Source: Geosiphon pyriformis uo1 (taxonomy: Eukaryota > Fungi > Glomeromycota). From it: a stretch of 64,000 bases of DNA. Shown one piece after another: positions 13,463 through 24,737 of this stretch (positions are counted from its first letter, which is position 1; each line of letters starts with the position of its first letter). The DNA is taken from NCBI GenBank assembly GCA_016748015.1, contig JAAOMT010000295.1, positions 930,001-994,000 of the forward strand. Reading direction: 5' to 3'. The position numbers and the translations under genes were made by a program. The notes below the pieces were generated by a model, which saw nothing but the letters and a program-made list of their open reading frames with translations, had not been told where the DNA came from and searched no databases.

Positions 13463-14443
13463 TGTTACCAGAGGTTTTTGGTCTTTTTTTAGCTCTTGTA
13501 TGTTTGTTGTAATGCTGTTAATTCATGACTATGGGAAGTGTTTGAATCTCCAGTAACTGAATTTATCTTCAAATTATCTCCTATAATTTGAACTGCTGGG
13601 CTTATAAGTGGAATGGCCAATTCTATGCCAGTTACTTTGTATAGTTATGTTGTAGTAAATGTCAACTCTTTCTCAGGAATTGCTCATTTGGAAGCTCACT
13701 AAAATGTGTAGTTACTTTGCTGTAAAAGTCAACTCTTTTACAGGAATCTTGTCTGTAGACTACTCTAATGATTGTAATAAGAAAAAAAAAGAAAAATAAA
13801 AGAAATGTAAAAGAAATAGAATTTTATCAAGGGAAATGTTTTCTATTCAGGCCTGAAGTCACTAACAGTTTACTGAAATTGGTAGCTAATCAATTTCAAA
13901 ACGTTAGTTGGGTTTTGAGGATTTTCCAAGTGGAATAATTAAAAAATTTGGTTTTTTTTTAAATTATTTGATATTTATTTCTTTTTGTGTATGTAGGAAT
14001 GATTCTAAGTGATAAATCTAAAGTAAGATACATTTTCTCAAAGAGAGAAGCTCTTCTTTTATACAACTTGTCGTAACACTATTCTATGAACTTGAACTTT
14101 GTTTTTTTCTACAATTTTGCTGAACTAAAGATACATTTTGGCGAATTACAAGTTATTTCTACGAACTATTAGATATTTCGGTGAACTATCAATTATTTTG
14201 GCAAATTTCTACAAATTTTGGTGAACTTTTGAATGTTACATATTTCGGGGTATTACATAATTGATCATCACACTTAGGTTACATTTGTGTTATATACAAA
14301 TTGGGTTATTAATTAAATGATAATTTCAGACATTTTGCTAATATAATAAGTGATAATTTAAAACAATAATATATGCTAATTAATGATAAAATTTATAAGA
14401 GTAATTTCATGCTAAACAATATCTCTAATTTCGTCTGATAACA
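13463..14443 (-). repeat. C 3' LTR
   Basis: Direct repeat of 22309-23290; adjacent to the PPT. Confidence 0.96.
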
Positions 14444-15131
14444 TAACCTCCTCTTCAAGACTGAGCTCCATCAAAGTCCAAGTACTGTCTGTAATTTCCA
14501 GATAATAATCCAAAATTATTGAAGAAATTTGGTCTAAAAATTGTTGAAATTTCAGTTCTGTGAGCTTTCTAATGTATTGAATCTTCAAAGGTTGTAAAAT
14601 TGGGTTTTGTAGGACGTTTTCACAGGTGTGGAATAGGTCATAAAATCTAAGAGCAGCTCTTAGTTTATAATAACTGTTTGTAGGTCCAGCTGTTGTCTTA
14701 AATTCATTATGGAGTTGTTTCCGAATAGCTTCTTTTGTGAGATTTGCTGCTGTAAGCTCCTATTTTCATTTGTAAAGTGTTTTTCTAATGTAAAAATATC
14801 TATATATTGGAGTATAGTCATAGTTTTCTTCATTAAAACACAGTTGAAGTTTTTGTTGAATAGTAGCATTTGGTGAAATACTAATAGGAGTGAGCATTAA
14901 GTTTTCTCTTAAAGCAAGCTTCAAAAGTTCTGGTAAATGAATTCCAGAATAACTTCTTGTGTTTTTTTTGTAGGGGTAATAATTTCGTGAATTTGGGGCT
15001 AAATTGGCAACTATTTTTGTTTGAGTATAATTAATATGTTTTCCTGTAATAGTAATAGATAATTTGGGTATTGTTTTTAGAGCTAGCATTAATTTTTGAG
15101 ATATTTGTTGAATATTTTGAAGGATAGTCAT
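14412..15131 (-). pseudogene. C ORF3 (~239 codons, ends inside the 3' LTR)
   Basis: ATG at 15131, two internal stops (sense codons in sister E); homologous to B ORF3. Confidence 0.78.
14444..14458 (-). promoter_or_regulatory. C polypurine tract
   Basis: GAAGAGGAGGTTA on the minus strand, abutting the 3' LTR. Confidence 0.85.
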
Positions 15132-15272
15132 TATAAAAATTTGAGTGAGAAAAAAATAGATTGAAAAATATTTTTGGTATGTGAGTTTTTATGTTTATTT
15201 TTGTCTTTTCAGTGTGTTTTGTTTTGTGAACTGGTTTTTAATTTATATGGGAATAACTATAGTAAATTTAAA

Positions 15273-16658
15273 TTAAGTGTTCAAGTTGGGAGGTTGTTCA
15301 ATAACAACTCTTGATTCTAAATTTTGGAAAATATTTTCAGGCTTAATTAAAGGGGAATGTGTACCAATTTGTGGAATTAATAGTTCAAGATTGTTTCTGG
15401 AATGATAATGTTTCAGTCGATCCCCATGTGTGATTTTTGCTAGGATTTTGTCATCAAGTCTTAACTTGTATGATCCATTTCTTAAGATTTTGTGAATGAA
15501 GAATGGTCCATCCCATTTATTTTCAAATTTTCCACTCCATTGTTTTTCAGCTTTAGTTCTGTGTAAGAGAACTTTGTTTCCGACTTTAAATTTATTGGTG
15601 ACTGGTGACAATTTGTTGTCATGCCATTCTTTTTGTTGAGCTTAAGAGTGTTCAATATGGGTGGCTGCTATTTGTTGTTTTCCTTCCAATGTGCTGAGAA
15701 GAGTATAGGCTCTTCATTGGAGTGTTTCCTGAAAGTTTTTTTTGTTTATTGGTTGTACTGGATATGGTTTTACAGTGAAATTAATTGGTAATGTTGCTGT
15801 CCTTCCGTAGGTTAAGTCAAATGGTGTGTGTTTTGTGGTATCTTGTTTTAGTGTTCTATATGCTAGTAACACTGATGGAATAAAGATATCCTATTCCTGT
15901 TCAAAATCAGTTGAGACTTTGGCTAATAATTCACACAGTGTCCTATTGAAATGTTCTACAAGTCCATTTGTTTGTGGATGGTAGGATTAAGACAAAAGTT
16001 TTTTGACATTAAATCGTTCACAAATTTTTTGTATTAGGTTGTTCACAAAATGTGTTTCTTGGTCAGACAAAAGTTCAATTGGACAACCATGTCTATAGAT
16101 GATGTCTTTGTAAATGAAATTTGCTACTGATTTCACATCTGCTCGTTGAATGGCTCTAGCTTTAGGCCATTTGGTGAGATAATCTACAGCTACTGCGATA
16201 TAACAGTTTCCTTGGTTTGTAATAGATAGTGGTCTGACTAAATTGATACCAACTCAGTCAAAAGGTTGTCCAACTTTGATTAGATTTAAAGGTTCTGTAG
16301 AGCAAGTTCCTCCTCTTTTTTGATAAATCTCATAAGTTTTAACATATTCGTGAATGTTTTTTCTCATTTGGGGCCAAAAGTAGTGTTCTAATGTTCTTTG
16401 GGTGGTGTTATCTTTTCCTAGATGTGCTGATGAAGGGTTTGAGTGCATGTTGTATAAGATAGTTTCTTTCTCATTTTCCTGTATTAATCTGAGTGGTTTG
16501 TCTGGATTTCTGAAGTTTCGATAATAAATGGTGTTGTTGTGTAGAAAATATTGTTTGGCTTTTTGTTGTAATCGGTGTTTTTCATCTGAAGACCAATCTG
16601 TTGGGATTGTTAGTGTCTCCAAATATTGTTTGAGATTGTTGTAGTTTTCAGGGTTCAT
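15273..16658 (-). pseudogene. C integrase, separate ORF (~461 codons)
   Basis: MNPENYNNLKQYL start; HSNPSSAH; LSDQETHF; NGLVEHFN; KWDGPF. No chromodomain. Confidence 0.92.
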
Positions 16659-16708
16659 TGTTTGTTGTTTTTGTTACTGCTAATTCAAATAAGTGTTGGT
16701 TTTGTGTT

Positions 16709-19700
16709 CTAATCTTGCCTTATTCTTGAGAAACAATCAACATTGGTGTGAAGCTTTCCTGGTTTGTGATGTACAATGTATTAGTAGTTGGCTAAAAATC
16801 CTGTCCATCGGGTTTGTTTGGCATTCAGCTGAGTGTTTTTGTTCTGAAGCCATTTGAGTCTAATATTATCAGTGATAATATCAAATTCTTTAGACCTAAA
16901 ATAAAGGTTGAAGTGGTATAGGGCCCAAATTACGGCTGCTGTTTCTAGTTTTGTAGCAGGATAGTTTTTCTCAGCTGGTTTTAATGTTCTGCTAGTATAA
17001 GCGATTACTTGTTCATTTCCGTTGTCATCTAATTGTGATAAAATGGCTTCAAAGACAGTGTAAAAAGCATTTATAGCTAGTCAGAATTGGTTACTAAAGT
17101 CTGAGTAGACGAGAATTGGAGCTATTGTCAGCTTTTCCTTGAGAATTTCAAAAGCTTTTTGGTGTTCTTCCATCCATTTGTATTCAATGTTTTTAGTAAT
17201 AAGCTGGTTGAGAGGTTTTGCAATTTCTGAGAATTCTTTAATGAATTTTTGGTAATAGGAAGCTAATCCAATAAATCTTCTTAATTCTGTGGTATTTTGT
17301 GAAGTCTTGAAGTTCTTGACAGCACTGATTTTTCCTGGGTCTGGTTTGACTCCTTCTTTACTAACTATGTGGCCAAAAAAGGCCAAACTTGTTTTTTCAA
17401 AATGACATTTTTTGATGTTTAATTTTAATCCTGCTTTTTGTAATTATTGAAAAACTTCTCACAGGTGTTTTAAGTGTAATTCGAATGATGGAGAATAAAC
17501 ATCAGTATCATCAAGATAAACAACTATTGACTTCCAAAAGAGTCCTTTGTACACAATATTCATTAATCTCTAAAATGTTGCTGGCATATTGCATAATTCA
17601 AAAGGCATTACATTGAATTCGTAGTTTCCTCCTTGAGTTGTGAAGACTGTCTTGGAACGATCTTTGGGGTCCATGGCAACTTGCCAGTATTCGCTTTCTA
17701 GATCTAATGTTGAAAAGTATTTGGACTTTCCAAGGGCATCTAACATGTCATCAATTCGGAGAAGAGGGTAGATATCACCAATGGTGACACTGTTGAGTTG
17801 TTGATAATCAACACAAAATCATATCTTTCCATTTTTCTTTTTAACTAAGACCACAAGTAAAGCCTATAGACTCATTGATAATTGAATAAACCCATTGTTA
17901 AGCATTCATTGTACTTTTTCTCTGATAAATTAGTGGCTTTCTGAAGCAACTTGGTAGGCTTATTGTCACCTTGGTTTGGCATCTCCTGTATAGATTTGGT
18001 GTTAAACCAAATCAGTTCTTCTTAAGTCATTGTTGTTTTTGGCAAAGATATCAGCAAATTCTGCAATTAGCTCTTTGAGCTGGTTTTGTTGTTGTGGTTT
18101 AAATTGTCTCATGTTGATTCGAGATGGTTTTTCTATGACAACATGGTAGTTTTCAGAGCTGGGTTTTGGGTTGATTTTTGGTAATGAATGTCCAATAATT
18201 TCAGGGAAATTGGGGACTGTTTGGGGTAATTCTTGTTGAAAGATATTACTGTGAATAACTCCAATTTCTAAGTTATTTAATAAAACTATGGGATAATTGT
18301 TGGGATTGTAAAAAGTAACTCAGACTTTTTTGTTCCTTCTGGAATATAAATGTTTGGAATCGAGATTTTATGTTCCAAGCAGATTTGTTCATTGGACTCA
18401 AAAATTTGTTGTGTGGTCATTGGCTTTAGGCAGGTGTAGATTTCTGGATGTTTTCCAAAGGGTGAAATAGTAATTGGTTGTGGAAGTTGTAGAATTTGGT
18501 GAGATTCACTTTGTTCATTAAGAGCTATGTTTACTGGAACTGTGAATTGTCCAGTTGAACCAAAACCATTGGTTCCTCTTTTACTTTTTCCCAATTGTTC
18601 TTTTTGACTGACTAATTGTAAACCCGAAATGTTGATTAAGGGTAAATAAATGGCTTGGACAATTTTCTCAGCATGTTCAATTTTAAATGGCTTGTCAGTT
18701 TCATTTTGGAGTATTACTGTTATGTCACCAGTATATTCAGCATCGATTATTCCTTCTCTAACATTGATTTTTTTGCTTGCCAGAGAAGACCAGAAGGCAA
18801 TTTAAACCATTGCTCCTAGTGGAATTTCAAGAGCAATTTTGAGGTTGATTTTTGTGAGAGATTTGGGTTTAAGAACAAAAGTATCCTTGTCTGGATATCT
18901 TAGGTTATATCCAGCATCAATTTCATGTGCTTTCTCGGGTTTTATTCCTTGTCCGTTGTTGTTAAAGTATTTGAGTTGCAAGGCAGGCTGATTTTCAATG
19001 AGATAGATAGGTGTCACTCCAATTTCTTCTGTTGCTTCAGGTTCTCTGAATTCAATTTCATTTTCATCATTTTCACTGGGCAGAGGAATGCTAAGAGCAT
19101 AGCATTTAGGACACCACTTTTTATCACAAGGCATAATGCATTCTTCACATAGCTTAATGTTCATTTGCTCCAATTATTGAATTTGAGCTTCTTGGATTGG
19201 GTAGATGTGACTTGCGATTTGGTGTTAAACTTCTACTTCATCTTCATAATCAAATTCAGCTAATTCCATAGTGTATTCAATGTATTCTGCTTCCTTCATT
19301 TGACGGACATCTTCTTTAGTAGCTTTATTAATTAATGTCATTGCTAGGTCAAAAATCATCTCAGCATTATAGGGGTAGTAATAAAGTTTGTTGAGAGCAC
19401 TGTTGTATGCTGCATTAAAAGGTGTTCTTCTTTTGACTTTTTCTGAAATTGATAAAGCATATTGACAGGTTTAATCACAGACTTCTCCTCTCATTGCTAC
19501 ATCAATCTAATTGCATTCTTCTGGTAGCATATCTCCATAAGTCAAACAAGGGGTGTTATCCCATTTTCCACTTTTTTTTATTAAATGGCCCCATCATTCT
19601 CTATGGCAAGCCTTGCAGTAATAACAAGTATGATTTTCATATTCTTCTTCAGGTGAAATGCAGGCTCCCATTGAAGAGAGTTTCTTGTGGCAGTCCTTGC

Positions 19701-22263
19701 ATTTGAGTGGAATGTAGGGGTGTTGTTTTTGTGGTTCTGGTTTTGAATAGGGGACATTCCATTTGGTTGTCACTGGTTCTTTTGTTTCAAGAGAATCATT
19801 TGAAAAGTACTGTTGTTCAGTTTCATTGGCCCAATTGGAGGTTGATCCAAGTGCCATAAATGTTTCAATGATGGGTTTTTCTTCTTCTGGTTTGAATTCA
19901 AAAGCTGGGGCTTTTTCGGAGCGTTTGTTGAATATACCACAAGTGACAGGTACTCGGGCATATTGTCTTTGGTAAGAGATTTGTAGCTCTTGGTTTTTTC
20001 AGTCTAATTTCACATTGGCTTTTTGAAGCCAGTTGTTTCTAACAAGGGCTTGATACTGGAGAGCATCTATTACAAAAACTTTGACTGGAATAGTGATTCC
20101 ATCGAGAGTAAATGGAAAATTGTCAATTTCCCCTACTGGAATCTTTTTTATGTCATCAGTAGTGACAATTATTGTTTGAGCTAGTCAGTCAACATTTTTC
20201 TTTAACTGTTGCATCAACTGGTAAGTGATAATACTCCCAGCAGATCTACTATCTAAGATTAATCAAATTGGCTTTCCTTCTACTTCAGCTTCTGTGTACA
20301 TTGCAGTTATGGCTTTTTGCTCATTAGCTGCTGCATTGCTAAGCAAGAATGGTGATTCATTTGCTTCAAATTCGAAACAGAATATATCTGAAAGGTTAGC
20401 ATTTTCAGCAATTCTGGCTGGTGGGATTGTGGTAGGAGTATAGGAAGGGTTTTGTTGTTGTGCTGCAGCTCTACCTTCTGAGAGTGCAGTATGACAAAAA
20501 TTCTGTTCTTCTGGCATTGTAAGATAACTAGATTGAGTATAATAGTGGTTGGGTCTTGGTTGAGCTGAATTTTGGAGAACCAATTGGTTGTTTGAATTGA
20601 TTCTATTGTTGTTTACTTGGTATTAGCTTTGTGATGTGAATTGATTTTGCGGAATTAATCTTCAAGCAGGCACTTAATATTGGGGTCTTGGTGGATAGTA
20701 CGCTGGTAGTGGTTGAAAATAAGATTGCTGCAGTGGAGGGTAACGTTAATTACTCCTATTTTGTTGGTCGCGTTGTAGCTTTCTACAATTTTTTTTCCAG
20801 TGGCCAAGAATTCCACAGTAATAGTAATTCTGAGGCTGGTTATTAGAGGATGATGTGAAGTTGTTTTAATTCCATTTTTGGGGTGGTTGATATCTTTGGG
20901 GTTGCTGTTGTTGTTGGTTGGTGAAATAGTTTTCAACTTTCTTTCTGAGTTGGTCAATTTTCTCTTCAGCTGCTGAGTTGGTCTCTTCAATGGCTAAGTT
21001 CATGAGTTTTGTACAATTGGCTTCTTCTATGGCCATTTTATATCTCTTTGCATGTTGAATGGCAGAGTTTAAATCATCTGGGGCATGTGGGTGAATCTTT
21101 TTAATCAGTTTATCTTTTAAACCAGTAATAAATTGATCTAAAATTTGAGCATCGGAATAATAATCATTAGTTTCAAGTTGGCAAATTCGTCTGAGAAGTT
21201 TGTTGAATTTCCCAATATAAGTCATGACAAATTTGGAGGGTTTTTGTTTGATATTGCGAAAATGATTTCGAAGTGTGATTGAGATGTTGTTATCAGTAAA
21301 TTGTTTTAAGAAGGCAGTTTTAAAAGCTGTCCAGTCATTAAAAGGGGTGGTCAAGTTTTCGAACCATTCACCTGCTGTTTTTTTGAGAAAGTAGGAAATT
21401 GTTCTTAATATTCTGGCAGCATTCCATCCATTTGCATCTCCAGCTTTAGTAATTTGGTTGAGTTATTCTTGGGAACTGGTCTCAATGTCTTCTTCATTAA
21501 ATTCAGGGATTTTTGTGATGTATGCTGTCATTTTGTCTTCTTCATTTTCACTGTCTATTGATTCTTCCTCAAATATTTCAGAGTCGTTTTCTTCATTTGC
21601 TGCTGTCTCAGAGTGTTTACTTTAATTTTCAGCTAGAAAATCAAGAAGATTAGAACTAGTTTGAAGAGGTTTTTGTTGTCTGGTGGAACTTCTGGGTGAT
21701 GTAAAATTTTTTAGTCTTGCAAATTGATTTAAGAGTGAATTAGGGGTTTGTGTTTGTGCAAGTGAAACTGGAAAAGGTGTGATAGTAAGTGGAAGTTTTG
21801 AACTAGTTCTTTGTTCAGGTGTTTGTAAGTGTTTGGCAGTTGTTTTTGGTAGTATTGAAGTATTTGGGGTGGTTTTTGAGTATTGCTTCAATTTTTGTTT
21901 GCCTTTGTTGCTTGTTTCTGTCTCTGATTCAAAATCAATGGAGTATTGAGACTGCACTGGATATGTTTCTTTGCAGTACTTGATAATATTAAAATTAAGT
22001 TCTTGAAAATAAGTGGCAAGTGTTTCACTGTTAAGGTCTTCAGTTCCCAACTGTGAATAGTGTACTAAATTATTGTAAAGGTTGCTTTTAACTTCTGAGA
22101 TATTATAATTTCCAAAAAGATAATTGTTAATGCAGTTTTCAATGTATTGGTATACTGATTTTTTGACAACTTCAATTCCATCTGGAATGTTGAATCTTTG
22201 CTTGCAGTGGGTGTAAATTGACTGGTAATACTCTAGAGTTGTTGCGTCTAGTGTAGTCACCAC
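16709..22263 (-). pseudogene. C ORF1: N-extension, Gag, protease, Cys-rich module, dUTPase, RT, RNaseH
   Basis: ORF-track pieces from 22263 to 18594 all start in one frame; LILDSRSAGS, VVYLDD at ~17510, DCFSR. Confidence 0.94.
18550..18945 (-). pseudogene. dUTPase domain of element C
   Basis: DAGYNL, SSLASK, GIIDAEYTG, KIVQAIY, RGTNGFGSTG: all five motifs recognisable. Confidence 0.93.
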
Positions 22264-22294
22264 TTTGAAGTTGGTTTTGCTGTATTGTTTTTGT

Positions 22295-22306
22295 GGAAGA
22301 GCACCA
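22295..22306 (-). promoter_or_regulatory. C primer-binding site TGGTGCTCTT
   Basis: Starts 2 nt inside from the 5' LTR; same core as A, D and E. Confidence 0.8.
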
Positions 22307-22308
22307 AA

Positions 22309-23290
22309 TATTACTGGAGGTTTTTGGTCTCTTCTTAGCTCTTGTATGTTTGTTGTAATGCTGTTAATTCACGACTATGGGAAGTGTTTGAACCTCTGAT
22401 AACTGAATTTATCTTCAAATTATCTCTTATAATTTAAACTGCTAGGCTTATAAGTAGAATGACCAATTCTGTGCCAGTTATTTTGTATAGTTATATTGCA
22501 GTAAACGTCAACTTTTTTTCAGGAATTGCTCATCTGGAAGCTTACTAAAATGTGTAGTTACTTTGCTGTGAAAGTTAATTCTTCTACAAGAATCTCGTCT
22601 GTAGGCTACCTTAATGATTGTAATAAGAAAAAAAAAGAAAAATAAAAGAAATGTAAAAGAAATAGAATTTTATCAAGGAAAATGTTTTCTATCCAGGCCT
22701 GGAGTTACTAACAGTTTACTGAAATTGGTAGCTAATCAATTTCAAAACGTTAGTTGGGTTTTGAGGATTTTCCAAGTGCAATAATTAAAAAATTTGGTTT
22801 TTTTTTTAAATTATTTAATATTTATTTCTTTTTGTGTGTGTAAAAATGATTCTAAGTGATAAATCTAAAGTAAGATACATTTTCTCGAAGAGAGAAGCTC
22901 TTCTTTTATACAACTTGTTATAATACTATTCTATGAACTTGAACTTTGCTCTTTTCTACAATTTCGCTGAACTAAAGATACATTTCGGCAAACTACAAGT
23001 TATTTCTGCAAACTATTAGATATTTTGGTGAACTATCAATTATTTTGGTGAATTTCTACAAATTTCAGCAAACTTTTGAATGTTATATATTTCGGGGTAT
23101 TGCATGATTAATCATCACACTTAAGTTACATTTGTGTTATGTACAAATTGGATTATTAATTAAATAATAATTTTGGACATTTTGCTAATATAATAAGTGA
23201 TAATTTGAAATGATAATATATGCTAATTAATGATAAAATTTATAAGGGTAATTTCATGCTAAACAATATCTCTAATTTCGTCTGGTAACA
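22309..23290 (-). repeat. C 5' LTR
   Basis: Direct repeat of 13463-14443. Confidence 0.96.
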
Positions 23291-23294
23291 CCAG

Positions 23295-23683
23295 ACACAT
23301 TTAGCAACTTGAAAACAAAATTTCCAATTAACTACTGTTATTATCAACTAGGAAAGCACTTGAACATACAAACATTATACTCAAAAGACTCAACTAGAGT
23401 ATTTGACAAAACAACTATTCAACTATTAGAACCTTTTATTGGAAAAACCAACACTACATTCCATTCAAAAACAGTTTACAGAATTTTCAAAGCATTTAAA
23501 AACTGTCACAAACTATTGTTGAACCCAACCATGAACATAATAACAACCAACAATATTAAACGACTTACCAACTCGCAATTTCAAGAATTACAACAACAAA
23601 TTAATAATACAGTATTAAACCACTATAGTAACTTAGAATTTAATGAAGAAATTAACTTCAATTTCGATCGAGCTCAATCTTGA
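23295..23683 (+). pseudogene. B ORF3, 3' part
   Basis: In-frame continuation ELTP|DTFSNLKTKFP...; stop abuts the PPT. Confidence 0.8.
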
Positions 23684-23696
23684 AAGGAGGGGATAA
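23682..23696 (+). promoter_or_regulatory. B polypurine tract
   Basis: GAAAGGAGGGGATAA immediately before the 3' LTR. Confidence 0.88.
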
Positions 23697-24546
23697 TGTT
23701 ATGGTTTAAGAATTTAGCAAAAGAATCATAAAAATAATATAAACTATTTAATCATAATATAGCACAGTAATAATCTTAGAAAGGTAATAATTAATATAGT
23801 AGTAAACACCATCTCGCAATAGTGGCAAGCACCAGTTCACAATAGCAGCCAACACCAACTGGTAATAGCAGCAAACACCAGGTTGAAATATCAAAAAAAA
23901 GTATTACAATGTGTTTTCTCATAGAACTACAAACATGTATATATACAGTAGCTTTAATATTAAGAAAAGTCAATCAAGTAATAAAAATCATAACTTATTA
24001 AGCAATAGATCCAATTTATCCAACAAACTTCACTTTAAATTGTACTTTTAAATCAAAAAAAAAAGAAAAAAAATATTTAAAACTGAATTATCACAACCCC
24101 AAAGTAGTAAAAAACTCACTTGTGTTAATTATTAAATGAAACTATCATTCATCAGTTGAATTCCTTGAAAGAATAATCCCTAATCAAGATTATTCATGTT
24201 GTTACTAATTGATAAAAGCTTTATTGTGAGAATTAGGAAAAGTGCTAAAGGCTATTAACATTCCATGTTTTTAGATTAGAGAAACACATCAGGCAATTGC
24301 AAAGATAGCCTTAGAGAAAACTCCAGACAGTGGGTAGATTTCAGTTCAGCCTCTGAGAAGGAGTACATAAACACACACAACAATCAGGAATTGAGAAATA
24401 ACTTATATTGTGACATTAAAGAGAAAGTCTTTAGTAGAACAAGTGACATTATCACACAAATAGAATTGAGGAACTTATGAGAAACTGATTGCAATTAAAA
24501 ATGGGATATTGGCAATTAAATATACCAAGAAAACCATCTCATAACA
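23697..24546 (+). repeat. B 3' LTR (850 bp)
   Basis: Direct repeat of 5048-5898. Confidence 0.96.
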
Positions 24547-24737
24547 GTGGCTAATTTTAAACTTTAATAACTTTATAAATTATAATATAATTCAAAAAAT
24601 TAAACCATAAATGTAAAAGAAAAGAACTTAATCTATTATATTTATGGTTTAGTTTTTTAATATTATTAAAATTAGAAGACTAGATATAATTTAAAATTAT
24701 ATAAATTGTTTAATGACTATAAATAGTTTGCATCATA

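Larger units (their letters stand above)
13463..23290 (-). mobile_element. Ty3/Gypsy LTR retrotransposon C, full length, innermost in the nest
   Basis: Paired ~981-bp LTRs, CCAG TSD (13459-13462, 23291-23294), PBS, PPT, full domain set with intact YLDD. Confidence 0.97.
5048..24546 (+). mobile_element. Ty3/Gypsy LTR retrotransposon B, full length, interrupted by C
   Basis: Paired LTRs TGTTATGG...ATAACA, GTGG TSD (5044-5047, 24547-24550), PBS, PPT, gag-PR-dUT-RT-RH, integrase. Confidence 0.96.
3978..24735. mobile_element. Non-autonomous TIR DNA transposon X (~1.25 kb own sequence: 3978-5047 plus 24551-24735), interrupted by Gypsy B
   Basis: Left end TGTTGCAAACTATTTATAATCATCAAA; reverse complement of the right end is TGATGCAAACTATTTATAGTCATTAAA. 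TA flanks both sides (3976-3977, 24736-24737). Removing X and one TA restores A's gag frame. Confidence 0.85.

Noticed and set aside
14455-14480. Hammerhead ribozyme in the pre-PPT motif
   Set aside because: The CUGANGA core and three-stem structure are absent.
15273-15400. Chromodomain at the integrase C-terminus
   Set aside because: Only a short Pro-rich tail follows the GPF module, with no aromatic-cage motif.
13141-23683. ORF3 as an envelope gene
   Set aside because: It is short, with no visible signal peptide, furin site plus fusion peptide, or transmembrane helix. The hydrophobic tail of ORF 13141-13512 is read-in from C's LTR.
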